Assembly: GCA_039679675.1 (NCBI GenBank)
Contig: JBDKUN010000053.1
Location: 1 to 30,302, forward strand
DNA length: 30,302 nucleotides
Direction of reading: 5' to 3'
From: Armatimonadota bacterium
GTDB lineage: Bacteria; Armatimonadota; UBA5829; DTLH01
The position numbers were made by a program, and so were the translations under genes. Position 1 is the first letter of the stretch, and each line of letters opens with the position of its first letter. Shown piece after piece: positions 8,638-17,347 of this stretch. The notes beneath the pieces were generated by a model. The model was not told the origin of the DNA. It ran no database searches and saw nothing but the letters and a program-made list of their open reading frames with translations.

Positions 8638-9876
8638 CTATTTATTTCTTCCACTGCTGAACCATCTTGCTACGCGCCGTATAGCCGTTGCAGTCTCTTC
8701 CATGTCGCTTTCCGTGAATCCCTCATTGACTGAGAACATCACGCATGTATCCAGAATAGCTTCAGCACCAGGGCAGAGGCTTTTACCATAAGTATAATCG
8801 GAATACGGATGGTTTGCATGGTCGAATGCGCTGTGATCGATGAAAATCGGATACTCATATACGGGTCTTCCGATATAGTGCGCGCCCATACATATTCCTT
8901 CGGCCTGCATTGCCTCCGCGAAGGTGTCCGCATCGGTTTTTATGACATCCGGCACGATGCGGATCATATAGAACCACCAAGACGGATTGCAGCCTTCGGT
9001 CGGCTTTGGCAGCGTAATGCCTTCAATATCCTGAATTGACTCACTCAGGGCGTTACACCATTTACGCCGCCGCTCCACGATGCTGTCCAGCTTGCCAAGC
9101 TGCGCCAGCGCCACTGCGGACTGGAGTTCCGTTATCCGGTAGTTAGCCGCGAGAAAAACTGGGTTCCGAACTGCCGCGCCAGCTTTCCGATTGTAGCCCT
9201 TGTCGGTTGCAAGCCGCAGCCTGTCCGCCGTTTTTTCATCATGTGTGAGTATGATTCCACCGTCACCGCAGGAGATGTGCTTGAATTCGTTAAAGCTGAA
9301 GCATCCGGCACCCCCGAAAGTTCCGACCGGTTTGCCGTTATATGTGCAGCCGAACGCCTGGGCGCAGTCTTCGATCAGGATAATGTTATGCTTTTTACAG
9401 ACCTCAAGAAGTCCGTCGATGCCGCAAGCATTTCCCCACAGGTGAATTGCGAGTACCGCGCGGGTGTGAGGAGTGATTACAGCCTCGACTGTCTCCGGAG
9501 TTATACAGTAAGACTCATGATCGAGGTCGGCGAACACAGGTATGGCTCCCTGGAATAGTATCGGTGCTATGGAACCCATATCGGTGATGGGTGAAGTTAT
9601 CACTTCATCACCGGGAGAGATTCCAAGCGCCATCATAGCTGCATGGATAGAGGCAGTGCCGCTGCTTGACGCGACCGCGTAAGGCATGCCGTTTTTACGC
9701 GCGAACGTTTCCTCAAGCTGATGTGTTTTTCTGCCCTGTGCGTAGAATAGAGTCTGCTGGTCGAGAGCATCTTTCAGCTCTTTGAGTTCTTCTTCGCCGT
9801 AGCGTAATGCCCTTGTAAACGGCGTCTTTTTTACTGGTGTTCCTCCCGCGATTGCGGGTCTTTCGTCGATTGCCAT
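8638..9876 (-). CDS. DegT/DnrJ/EryC1/StrS family PLP-dependent aminotransferase
   Basis: SSGTASIH, EDCAQ, SFNEFKHISCGDGG (PLP Lys), NYRITELQSA; ATG 9876 follows GAGGT SD. Confidence 0.95.
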   Translation of the reverse strand: MAIDERPAIAGGTPVKKTPFTRALRYGEEELKELKDALDQQTLFYAQGRKTHQLEETFARKNGMPYAVASSSGTASIHAAMMALGISPGDEVITSPITDMGSIAPILFQGAIPVFADLDHESYCITPETVEAVITPHTRAVLAIHLWGNACGIDGLLEVCKKHNIILIEDCAQAFGCTYNGKPVGTFGGAGCFSFNEFKHISCGDGGIILTHDEKTADRLRLATDKGYNRKAGAAVRNPVFLAANYRITELQSAVALAQLGKLDSIVERRRKWCNALSESIQDIEGITLPKPTEGCNPSWWFYMIRIVPDVIKTDADTFAEAMQAEGICMGAHYIGRPVYEYPIFIDHSAFDHANHPYSDYTYGKSLCPGAEAILDTCVMFSVNEGFTESDMEETATAIRRVARWFSSGRNK

Positions 9877-9967
9877 GCTATACCTCAAATATCAATAGAT
9901 TCTTTTTATCACGAAAGGGAGAAAGGAAGAAAAGAAACTAATGAATGTCGTGCTTTCGAGTAGAAGA

Positions 9968-11734
9968 CTATCCTCCACACTCGAAGCTGAGCTCGGAGTC
10001 TGCCTCGATGTTTGTCACTACTGATTTAAACTTAAATCCCCACCGTTCAACAGTGATGGAGTTTACTTCCTTACCGTTCAGCCCAATCTTTTTGCCCGGT
10101 TTTAGCCAGAGAAGTGTTGCATCCGTGAGCGCTATGGCGGATTTCAGCTTCACAATTGCGCTCTTGTCCGTAGATGAATAAGCTGTCCAACTGGTAGCTC
10201 TTCGCGCCTTCATCCAGTCTGCTATCCGGCGCGAAGTCCACCATTCGAGTCCTGCATCCCTGCCTGTTTTTACCGTCTCGACAATCGCCTCCGGCATTTC
10301 TGGTTTGGTGATATGCGTGGGATGATACAGGAAGTGCACAATGCCGAAGTGCTTGACCGCTGTCTTGATAAGTGGGCTGGCGAGCTCTTTCGGCGCGAAT
10401 ACCAGAAGGTCCTGTGTGAGAGTCGGCAGCTCTAGCACATCGATGATCCTGCCGTCTCGCGTTATAGGCCGGTATGGGGTCATCGTGCCGAAATTGAACC
10501 CGGCTTCGCCGGTCTTGGAAGCACCCTTGGACTCGTCCATCATGATGCCGCGCTTTTTGCACCACTCGAAGAACTCAGTGTCGCCTTCCCAGCGCAGGTA
10601 GTGGTTCTTGTTCGTAGTGGGAGCCGTCCCGAAAAGCTCCGCAAGCTCTTTGAAGTGGCTGTCGAACTCTTCTTCAGAGAAGCATGTCCCCGGGGACATG
10701 GAATCGAAATGCATCGCAAGCTCATGCCCCGCCTGTCTGATCAAATCCAATATATCAGCAGGATATCCCGGCACATGCACGCACCAGGTCGAGTTTATGC
10801 CTGTTTTAGCCATCGTGTCGAGCATTGCAAGCGCGCAGTCGGGGTCATTTCCATCGCTGTCGTGAGACAAGTGCCCAAGCGCCCGTAGGTTTTTAGGATA
10901 AAGCCAAAGAACGGGAAGATTTATATTCTGCTCAGATGAAAGATAGAAGATAGCTCGAAGCAGCAGTTCACGCCACTGGTCTGCAACAGGCTGGAGGAAT
11001 GCCTTGAATCCCGGAACACCCTCCACCGGCTGGCGGTCGAATATCCAGTCGAGCTGCTGGCCGTCGTCGCTTTTCAGCACTGAATCGCAAACCGGGCTGG
11101 TACCGTCCGGCGCAGGAATGCCGTCTCGGCTGACACTAACTCCCTGTTGAATCCGGACTACACTTCCGGTCACATCGGGGGCGATAAGAACACATTTTCC
11201 ATCGCCGACCTTGATCTCGGTTAGTGCAGCCCTTCCGGTAGGCTGCTGGTGAGCATTTATAGCTTCCGCAAGCACTTCCGCGCCTCTTGCCATCACGGGG
11301 ATGCCGTTAAAATAGTGGAGCGGGATCTCAAGATGACTCAAGATCGGATGCTCCGCCGACTCCGGCTTCAGATAGCCTTCTCCGAGAGTGCTCAGACTTC
11401 CTCCCCAGTAGGAATATGCCGGTTGTTCAGCTTCCACACCCAAAAGGTTTTCCATTCCGCAAACGCCGCCCATAGCAAGCCATGCCCCGCCCGCTTTGAC
11501 CCAGCTTTCCAGTGAGGATTTCAGCTCATCGGAGAGTTTGCCTTCGCCAACTGTCATCAAAACGCCGATTCTGTCCAGTCGGTCGGCAAGTTCTTCTTTC
11601 TTAACCTGGGTATAGCAGACGCCGGAATGGTCGAGAATCTCGAGCATGTACCCGGGATAGCTCACGGTCCTGGACATGTTCGGATCAGGCTCGTCGAGAA
11701 CGCATACAGCAAGTGGGATTGAGATATTTCTCAT
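9968..11734 (-). CDS. Two-domain protein: GATase-like/beta-galactosidase-trimerisation-like N-terminus plus polysaccharide deacetylase (CE4-like) domain
   Basis: LESWVKAGGAWL..GG in the N-terminal part; LSHDSD, GHELAMH, NHYLRW, ELP and LYHP deacetylase-like motifs; ATG 11734 follows AGAAGG. Confidence 0.7.
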   Translation of the reverse strand: MRNISIPLAVCVLDEPDPNMSRTVSYPGYMLEILDHSGVCYTQVKKEELADRLDRIGVLMTVGEGKLSDELKSSLESWVKAGGAWLAMGGVCGMENLLGVEAEQPAYSYWGGSLSTLGEGYLKPESAEHPILSHLEIPLHYFNGIPVMARGAEVLAEAINAHQQPTGRAALTEIKVGDGKCVLIAPDVTGSVVRIQQGVSVSRDGIPAPDGTSPVCDSVLKSDDGQQLDWIFDRQPVEGVPGFKAFLQPVADQWRELLLRAIFYLSSEQNINLPVLWLYPKNLRALGHLSHDSDGNDPDCALAMLDTMAKTGINSTWCVHVPGYPADILDLIRQAGHELAMHFDSMSPGTCFSEEEFDSHFKELAELFGTAPTTNKNHYLRWEGDTEFFEWCKKRGIMMDESKGASKTGEAGFNFGTMTPYRPITRDGRIIDVLELPTLTQDLLVFAPKELASPLIKTAVKHFGIVHFLYHPTHITKPEMPEAIVETVKTGRDAGLEWWTSRRIADWMKARRATSWTAYSSTDKSAIVKLKSAIALTDATLLWLKPGKKIGLNGKEVNSITVERWGFKFKSVVTNIEADSELSFECGG

Positions 11735-11747
11735 TTTACGTTTCCTT

Positions 11748-13613
11748 CTACTGCGCTTTAAACGCGTATATATCCACTCCACAGGAGAAGTAGATAGTAC
11801 CGTCGGGGCCGGTGGTGACATTCGTCACCGTATCGGGCGCTTCTGCGATTTCCGTAACTTTTCCGGTCTTGAGGTCCAGAAGAAGCAGCTTTTTATTGCT
11901 TGAATAATGCAGCCTGCCGTTTCTGGGAACTGATGTAGAGCAGCAATCGATAACAGGCGCATTGTCAGCTATCTTATCGCTGAAACTCATCTTTTCGACA
12001 TCGAACAGCATCAAATGCCGCGTAGCCGAGACTACGACCTGTTTGGTCGTGGGATCATAACCGTGTATTGCGACAGTACCGATATTCGGGAACTGCTGCT
12101 CGAAGACAGCCTTTTGGGTTTTCGGGTCTATCACACCGAACCTAGTCGGAATCTTCTGATCGGGAAGGCCATTCCCGGATGCTGTAGTTGAAGCATAGAT
12201 ATAATGCTCATCCGTCGTGATGCCGGCGATGCACTGCTTTCCGAGCGGGTCTTCTATCAGTTCAGTTTCGCCGGTATCGGGGTCGGTTATGGAGACAGCG
12301 CCGCCGTATTCCCCGTATTCTGCCCACCATCCGCTATAAAGCTTGCCGTCAGGTCCAATCACCACTCCAGCCGCCGGCCGGATGTAGCCTTTCGAGCGTA
12401 TAGATGCGATAGTTTCCGGGTTTTTATTGCCCAACTGGTCCCACGGCTTCGACGGGTCGTAACGGACAACATCTCCATCCACGTAAGACACTGCGAATAT
12501 TCTACCTTTGTAGAAGTCCACATCGCATACTTCGCCGCCCGCGTCGCACACCTTGCTCGTATTCGCATATTCACCAGTCTTCGGGTCCAGCCAGAAGATA
12601 GTCTGTCCGAAGTGCGGGCCGCCCCAGAGCTTACCGGACGGGTCGGCCTTAAGGAAGAGTGTCGGTCTCGGTGCGGACTCTACCGGTATAGTATTAAGAT
12701 CAAGTGTCTCGGTCCCCGGCTTAATCATGAAGTAGTCCTGTCCGCGTACACCGAGGATACTGCCGTCCTTCGTGCAGCCGAGCATATTGCTTCCACGCAG
12801 GTCCACGCTAGTCATATAGGTCAGTTCTCGATCACCCTGTTTGTAACGGTAAATAGTATTTTCCTGTTTTATGAAGAGCCACTTATCTGTAGAGATGCTC
12901 GCAAACAGGCTCCATTCGCCTTTGTCCCCGGGCGGGGCGGGGAATGGCCAGTCTATTTTTGCGAGTGTTCTCCCATCGCATGCCATCGATCCCGTTATAA
13001 AGTAGCCCTCCCAGGAAATACCGCTTTGCACTTCCATCATATGCTCTGGAACAGGTTCAAACTTCCTGGTCTGCGGGTCGAAGATCATAGTGGTCGGGTT
13101 TTCCGTAAAGAAATAACACAGGATTCTACCGTCCGGAAGAGATGAAACGTGGCGCAGATAGAGGTTGGGTGGGGCAGGAGCGCCGCAGTCATCGATTTCA
13201 TATGTGTTCAGATCGAGAGCGCCTAGTTTTCCGCCATCGTAACTTCCGCCGTATACCCGGCCGTCATTTCCAAGGGCCAAATTCCAGATGTACTCCTCGC
13301 CCGGAAAATGGGCGGTCTTGATGAACTCCATTTTCCGGAGGTCAAAGACCATGAACATACCGTCGTAGTATGTTCCGACTACCAGCCGGTCGCCCGGGAC
13401 TTCCAGAAGCCCCCATGCGCCCGATCCTGCTGGTGCCTTGTATGCCCGTCCTGTATTCGTTTCAATATCGATGAAGAGCAGGTGGACTCCTGCGTCTTCA
13501 TTGGTGTCGGTCAGCACAAGCTCTTCATGTCCAGTCGTTCGGTTTACTACCACACGGCCTGCCAACACGTTTTTAGTCCGGCATGGCTGTCCGATATGTA
13601 CAATTTTTTTCAT
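11748..13613 (-). CDS. Beta-propeller repeat protein, no obvious signal peptide
   Basis: Repeated blades such as GNDGRVYGG, PSGKLWGG, GPDGKLYSG and GPDGTIYFS. Confidence 0.8.
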   Translation of the reverse strand: MKKIVHIGQPCRTKNVLAGRVVVNRTTGHEELVLTDTNEDAGVHLLFIDIETNTGRAYKAPAGSGAWGLLEVPGDRLVVGTYYDGMFMVFDLRKMEFIKTAHFPGEEYIWNLALGNDGRVYGGSYDGGKLGALDLNTYEIDDCGAPAPPNLYLRHVSSLPDGRILCYFFTENPTTMIFDPQTRKFEPVPEHMMEVQSGISWEGYFITGSMACDGRTLAKIDWPFPAPPGDKGEWSLFASISTDKWLFIKQENTIYRYKQGDRELTYMTSVDLRGSNMLGCTKDGSILGVRGQDYFMIKPGTETLDLNTIPVESAPRPTLFLKADPSGKLWGGPHFGQTIFWLDPKTGEYANTSKVCDAGGEVCDVDFYKGRIFAVSYVDGDVVRYDPSKPWDQLGNKNPETIASIRSKGYIRPAAGVVIGPDGKLYSGWWAEYGEYGGAVSITDPDTGETELIEDPLGKQCIAGITTDEHYIYASTTASGNGLPDQKIPTRFGVIDPKTQKAVFEQQFPNIGTVAIHGYDPTTKQVVVSATRHLMLFDVEKMSFSDKIADNAPVIDCCSTSVPRNGRLHYSSNKKLLLLDLKTGKVTEIAEAPDTVTNVTTGPDGTIYFSCGVDIYAFKAQ

Positions 13614-13625
13614 TTGCTGATTCCT

Positions 13626-14438
13626 CTATATCTTATGCGAGAGCGCTGAAATGAAGTCGTAAAGGTCGAATACGAACCCGAACGCGAGCGCCACTCGCCA
13701 TAGGGCTATTTGTTTGCAAATTTCTTCCCTCGCCGTTTCTTTGCTTTCCACCGCCGTAACAGCCTGACGTATTGCCGAGCACATAATCCCTCTTCGGCTC
13801 ATGTCCGCCATGCCCCCTGGCGAAAGAAGGAGGCACCAGTTGATTGCAAACCCGGTGTAGATCAGGTGGTTGATACCGTGTGCCTTGCAGATAGCGGATA
13901 GTTGATGGCTGTTTCCCGCGATGTACTCTTCATCCAGTGGTTCGGCTTCGGGAGGGAAACCCATCTCAGCAAAACCACGGTTTACATCCGCGTCATTATG
14001 TTCGCCGACGAACACGTTTTTCTCACGGAACTTCCAAAGCTGACTGGTGACCGGATCGGCCTCTATCTTCGAGGGCTGTTCAGGCTCCGGTCCGGCAAGT
14101 TCAACGGTTTTCAAGTATCCGGGTAAGTTTTGGTAGTAGCTGCCGCTTACGACGTGGATCAGCCGCATATTCGAGTTGCGCACGGCTTTTAATAATGTGG
14201 GAAATATTGTTTTGCAGATTTCTGAAGCTCTTGGGATATACTCAACGGCCCGATGCCAGCCTGGGTACTCTTCGCGGGAGCCCATATCCCATGCATGCAT
14301 CACTATAAGGGCTGTATGTTCCGTCGAAACGTCAATTTCTGCCTTTTTCCATCCACCATAGCCCTCACCGGGGACATCCAGGTTGAAATCGGCGTCGAAC
14401 TGCTGATAATAATCGGCTCTGATCTTTATCAAATCCAT
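13626..14438 (-). CDS. Isochorismatase/cysteine hydrolase-like protein
   Basis: TALIVMH-WD, LLKAVR...IHV, LIYTGFAINWCL (nucleophile Cys position); likely ATG 14438. Confidence 0.7.
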   Translation of the reverse strand: MDLIKIRADYYQQFDADFNLDVPGEGYGGWKKAEIDVSTEHTALIVMHAWDMGSREEYPGWHRAVEYIPRASEICKTIFPTLLKAVRNSNMRLIHVVSGSYYQNLPGYLKTVELAGPEPEQPSKIEADPVTSQLWKFREKNVFVGEHNDADVNRGFAEMGFPPEAEPLDEEYIAGNSHQLSAICKAHGINHLIYTGFAINWCLLLSPGGMADMSRRGIMCSAIRQAVTAVESKETAREEICKQIALWRVALAFGFVFDLYDFISALSHKI

Positions 14439-14504
14439 TGAAGTGTACCTGAAACCCTTCCGACGTCTTCTTCTATCCAGCGGACCGATTATCCTGTAGT
14501 ACAC

Positions 14505-14545
14505 AAAAAGAAAAAGGCCCGTCCATGGCACACGGACGGGCCTTT
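14505..14545 (-). terminator. Intrinsic terminator after the small Cys4 gene
   Basis: AAGGCCCGTCC-N9-GGACGGGCCTT stem followed by a U-rich tract on the minus strand. Confidence 0.85.
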
Positions 14546-14572
14546 CCCTTTAATTCAACACTTTGTTTTCCG

Positions 14573-14743
14573 TCAGGCGGCTTTCTTTGGCCGCTTTACG
14601 GGCTTTTCCAACGGTTCTTCCTGCTGTTCAGCAAGTGCGGCAGGCTTGGCCGCCGTATTCGTGCACTTCTGGCAAACCCATGTAGCCAGATCTTTCAGGT
14701 GCTCAGGTACGTTGTCTATAGAATTTCCACATCTGCAGCGCAT
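14573..14743 (-). CDS. Small 56-aa CxC...CxxC putative zinc-ribbon protein (not in ORF track)
   Basis: MRCRCGNSIDNVPEHLKDLATWVCQKCTNTAAKPAALAEQQEEPLEKPVKRPKKAA; AGAAAGGTGA SD; downstream terminator. Confidence 0.8.
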   Translation of the reverse strand: MRCRCGNSIDNVPEHLKDLATWVCQKCTNTAAKPAALAEQQEEPLEKPVKRPKKAA

Positions 14744-14900
14744 CGCCTTCACCTTTCTAACCGCTCAGCCTCCAATACCAGCCCGGCTTTCGACCGGCAA
14801 TCAAGCGGAATCAAATCAAATTAGTAGCAGCGTGCCCATTAGATTATGCCGTATTACAAACGGTACTTAATATACGCCTTTATGTGTATGTTTGTTCCGC

Positions 14901-15896
14901 TTATTCGGCTTTTGGTTCGCGGAGCATGAGATCGGTAACTGCAGACTTCGGAGACTTGCCGTTAAAGAGTATCTCGTGGAGCTGTTCCGTAATAGGAGCG
15001 TAGATGTTAAGCGAGGTTGCAAGCTTATAAGCTGCCTTGCAGGTGTGGACCCCTTCAGCGACCTGTTTGACCTCGGCAAGCGCCTGTTCCAGCGTCAGTC
15101 CTCTACCGATAGCCATTCCTACCCTTAGATTTCGGCTGAGCTTGCTTCCGCATGTTGCCATAACGTCGCCGACACCGGCAAGCCCAATAAAAGTCTTCGG
15201 TTTTGCGCCGAGCGCTTCACCGAGCCGCATCATCTCGGTAAGCCCTCTCGTCACGAATGCTGCTTTGGTGTTATCGCCGAAGCCGAGCCCGTCGCAAATC
15301 CCTGCTCCGACGGCTAAAACGTTCTTGAGCGACCCGCAGACCTCCACTCCGGCCACATCGGAGCTTCGATAGGCCCTCAAATGGTGACAGCTGACGAGTT
15401 CCTGCGCCTGGAGCGCTCTTTCTTCGCTTTTGGATGCGACTACGGTCGCGGTAGGTATCTGGCGTGCGATCTCTATAGCCAGGTTCGGCCCTGAAAGTAC
15501 GACAAGGTCATCGGCTTTCGCTGGAATCGCTTCGGCGATGACCTGTGACATCCTCATACCCGTGCTGCTCTCCAGCCCCTTCCCGGCATTGATGAAGAGA
15601 GGGTCTCCGTCTATCACATTCGATAACTGTGTGGCAACATCGCGCACTGCGTTCGAGGGAATTACCATGAGGACGGCTTCGACGCCCTTTACGGCATCGG
15701 CCATGGATTCCATCGCGAGAATTTCGCCATTGAAGGGGATTCCGGGTACATATTTACTGTTCACCCGGTTTGTGTTGATGTCTTTTATTACTTCCGGCTC
15801 GTTGGACCACAACCAGACTGAATATCCTTTGTTCGTTAAAAGAAGAGCCAGGGATGTTCCCCAGCTTCCTGCACCCAAAACAGCAATTTGCTTCAT
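14901..15896 (-). CDS. gpsA: NAD(P)H-dependent glycerol-3-phosphate dehydrogenase
   Basis: GAGSWGT, KGLE, SGPNLA, LKNV, GDNTKAA..TRGL, GVGD..ATC.S.LSRN. Confidence 0.97.
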   Translation of the reverse strand: MKQIAVLGAGSWGTSLALLLTNKGYSVWLWSNEPEVIKDINTNRVNSKYVPGIPFNGEILAMESMADAVKGVEAVLMVIPSNAVRDVATQLSNVIDGDPLFINAGKGLESSTGMRMSQVIAEAIPAKADDLVVLSGPNLAIEIARQIPTATVVASKSEERALQAQELVSCHHLRAYRSSDVAGVEVCGSLKNVLAVGAGICDGLGFGDNTKAAFVTRGLTEMMRLGEALGAKPKTFIGLAGVGDVMATCGSKLSRNLRVGMAIGRGLTLEQALAEVKQVAEGVHTCKAAYKLATSLNIYAPITEQLHEILFNGKSPKSAVTDLMLREPKAE

Positions 15897-16069
15897 AATT
15901 CCAGCTATAAATCTCTTTTCTTAATAGACAGCCGGATGTCCGGCCCATTAATCGTTATGTACTTTTACGACACAAGGTTCCAGCAATCCTTCTCCGAGGG
16001 CTGGAGGTATTATCGAAGGCCTTGCAGAAATAATCCAAAACAGAAGAATAGCCTTCTCAGGTGATACTT

Positions 16070-16678
16070 ATGAAGAATGCAATATATACCGGACCCCCTA
16101 TCGACGATCACTGTACTTTTGAGCTTATGCCAGCAGAACTTCAAGCCAGACTTTCAAAGATGAATGGCTGCGTAGCGTTCAAAGGTGGCTTGCACATGAG
16201 GGGAGTATGTAAAAAGCTGCTGTGGCACTCAATCGAAAACGTGTGGCGTGGGGAGTATGCACTCTTTAAACTATTCAGTACCGTGTTGCCAACCGACATC
16301 CCTTTTGCACAAGATTGTTTGGGCGATCAGTTTCTTCTAAGAGACAGCGTAGTTTACAGGCTTTCTGCTGAGACTGGCGAGGTGCAGAGTATGGAAGTCG
16401 ATCTGGATGGTTTTTTTACCAGAGTTGAGGAAGATCCGGTGGGATTTCTCATGCTGAGTCCTCTGATTCTCTTTCTACAGCAGGGCGGGAAAATGGAACC
16501 AGGGCAATCTTTGAGCGTATATCCTCCTTTTTGCTGTGTAGAGTCATCCCAGGGAATATCTGTAAAGGCGATAGATACTCTGCAACTGCTCATGGCACAT
16601 GCACAGCTCGCTCAGGCTATTTCCAAACATCAGCCAGGGGATAAATTGAATATCTATGAGATCATGATGGGCGATTAG
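16070..16678 (+). CDS. SMI1/KNR4-like, Tdi1 (DUF1851)-like immunity protein
   Basis: NG..F.GGLH, FAQDCLGDQFL, ETGE, YPPF and LAQ.I...PGD motifs; AGGTGA SD before ATG 16070. Confidence 0.7.
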   Translation: MKNAIYTGPPIDDHCTFELMPAELQARLSKMNGCVAFKGGLHMRGVCKKLLWHSIENVWRGEYALFKLFSTVLPTDIPFAQDCLGDQFLLRDSVVYRLSAETGEVQSMEVDLDGFFTRVEEDPVGFLMLSPLILFLQQGGKMEPGQSLSVYPPFCCVESSQGISVKAIDTLQLLMAHAQLAQAISKHQPGDKLNIYEIMMGD

Positions 16679-16817
16679 GGCGTAATCAGTATAAATCAAA
16701 GAGCAATAACAGGCATCTACGATGAACATATTTCGAGAGTTGCATGTACTTGGAGACAAGAGAAATATATGGCTTGACATATGCTACGGTAAATTGAAAG
16801 GAGAATACGGTCCAATC

Positions 16818-17198
16818 ATGGATACTGATCTTGTAGAGCAGGCTGAGGCATGGCTGAAGCAACTATACGAAGACCTTATCGAAAGTCGAACATATGAGAA
16901 GAGCAATGAGGAACTTGATGACAGGGTTGCAAGAGAGATACGGCTGTACGCTCCTGAGCTACAGCAAGCTATAAGAGCTGTGCTTGGTAAGTGGTTGGCT
17001 AGCGGAGATATACATTATGGGCAAACTTCCTTAGGCCTTATTTTAAGGCTTAAGGCAACAGAGTTTATACCTAAATTGGAACAGCTTCGCGAGGACATAT
17101 TGGCAGGGCGTCCGAATTTACCAACGCAATGGGTTTCAACTGTCGATGGTATCCTGCGAGTCCTGAGGGAGGCTAAAAGTGAGGAAACTGGCGATTGA
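16818..17198 (+). CDS. Hypothetical acidic all-helical protein (possible immunity protein)
   Basis: Open frame from 16722; AAGGAG upstream of ATG 16818; start uncertain. Confidence 0.6.
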   Translation: MDTDLVEQAEAWLKQLYEDLIESRTYEKSNEELDDRVAREIRLYAPELQQAIRAVLGKWLASGDIHYGQTSLGLILRLKATEFIPKLEQLREDILAGRPNLPTQWVSTVDGILRVLREAKSEETGD

Positions 17199-17248
17199 CC
17201 GGCTTAAGAAGGTCTCAGTACATAGTTACATAACCTTCGCCAACCTGA

Positions 17249-17277
17249 TTGACGCTGTTTCGGCGAACGGGTAGAAT
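17249..17277 (+). promoter_or_regulatory. sigma70 promoter of the first MATE gene
   Basis: TTGACG-N17-TAGAAT. Confidence 0.75.
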
Positions 17278-17309
17278 ACATCCGTCAGGTATAAATAAAA
17301 GGGAATTGT

Positions 17310-17342
17310 GAGGATACATCATTTTTCGGTGTATCCTCTTTT
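17310..17342 (+). promoter_or_regulatory. Terminator-like hairpin in the MATE 5' leader
   Basis: GAGGATACATC-N7-GGTGTATCCTC-TTTT located between the promoter and the ATG. Confidence 0.5.
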
Positions 17343-17347
17343 GATAC

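Noticed and set aside
14780..14800. GAAA-loop hairpin in the leader of the small Cys4 gene as a c-di-GMP riboswitch
   Set aside because: Lacks the GGCAAA and GACGCAAAG conserved segments
16679..16777. Short open frame after the immunity gene as a toxin-tip remnant
   Set aside because: Only 32 codons, no start or recognisable motif
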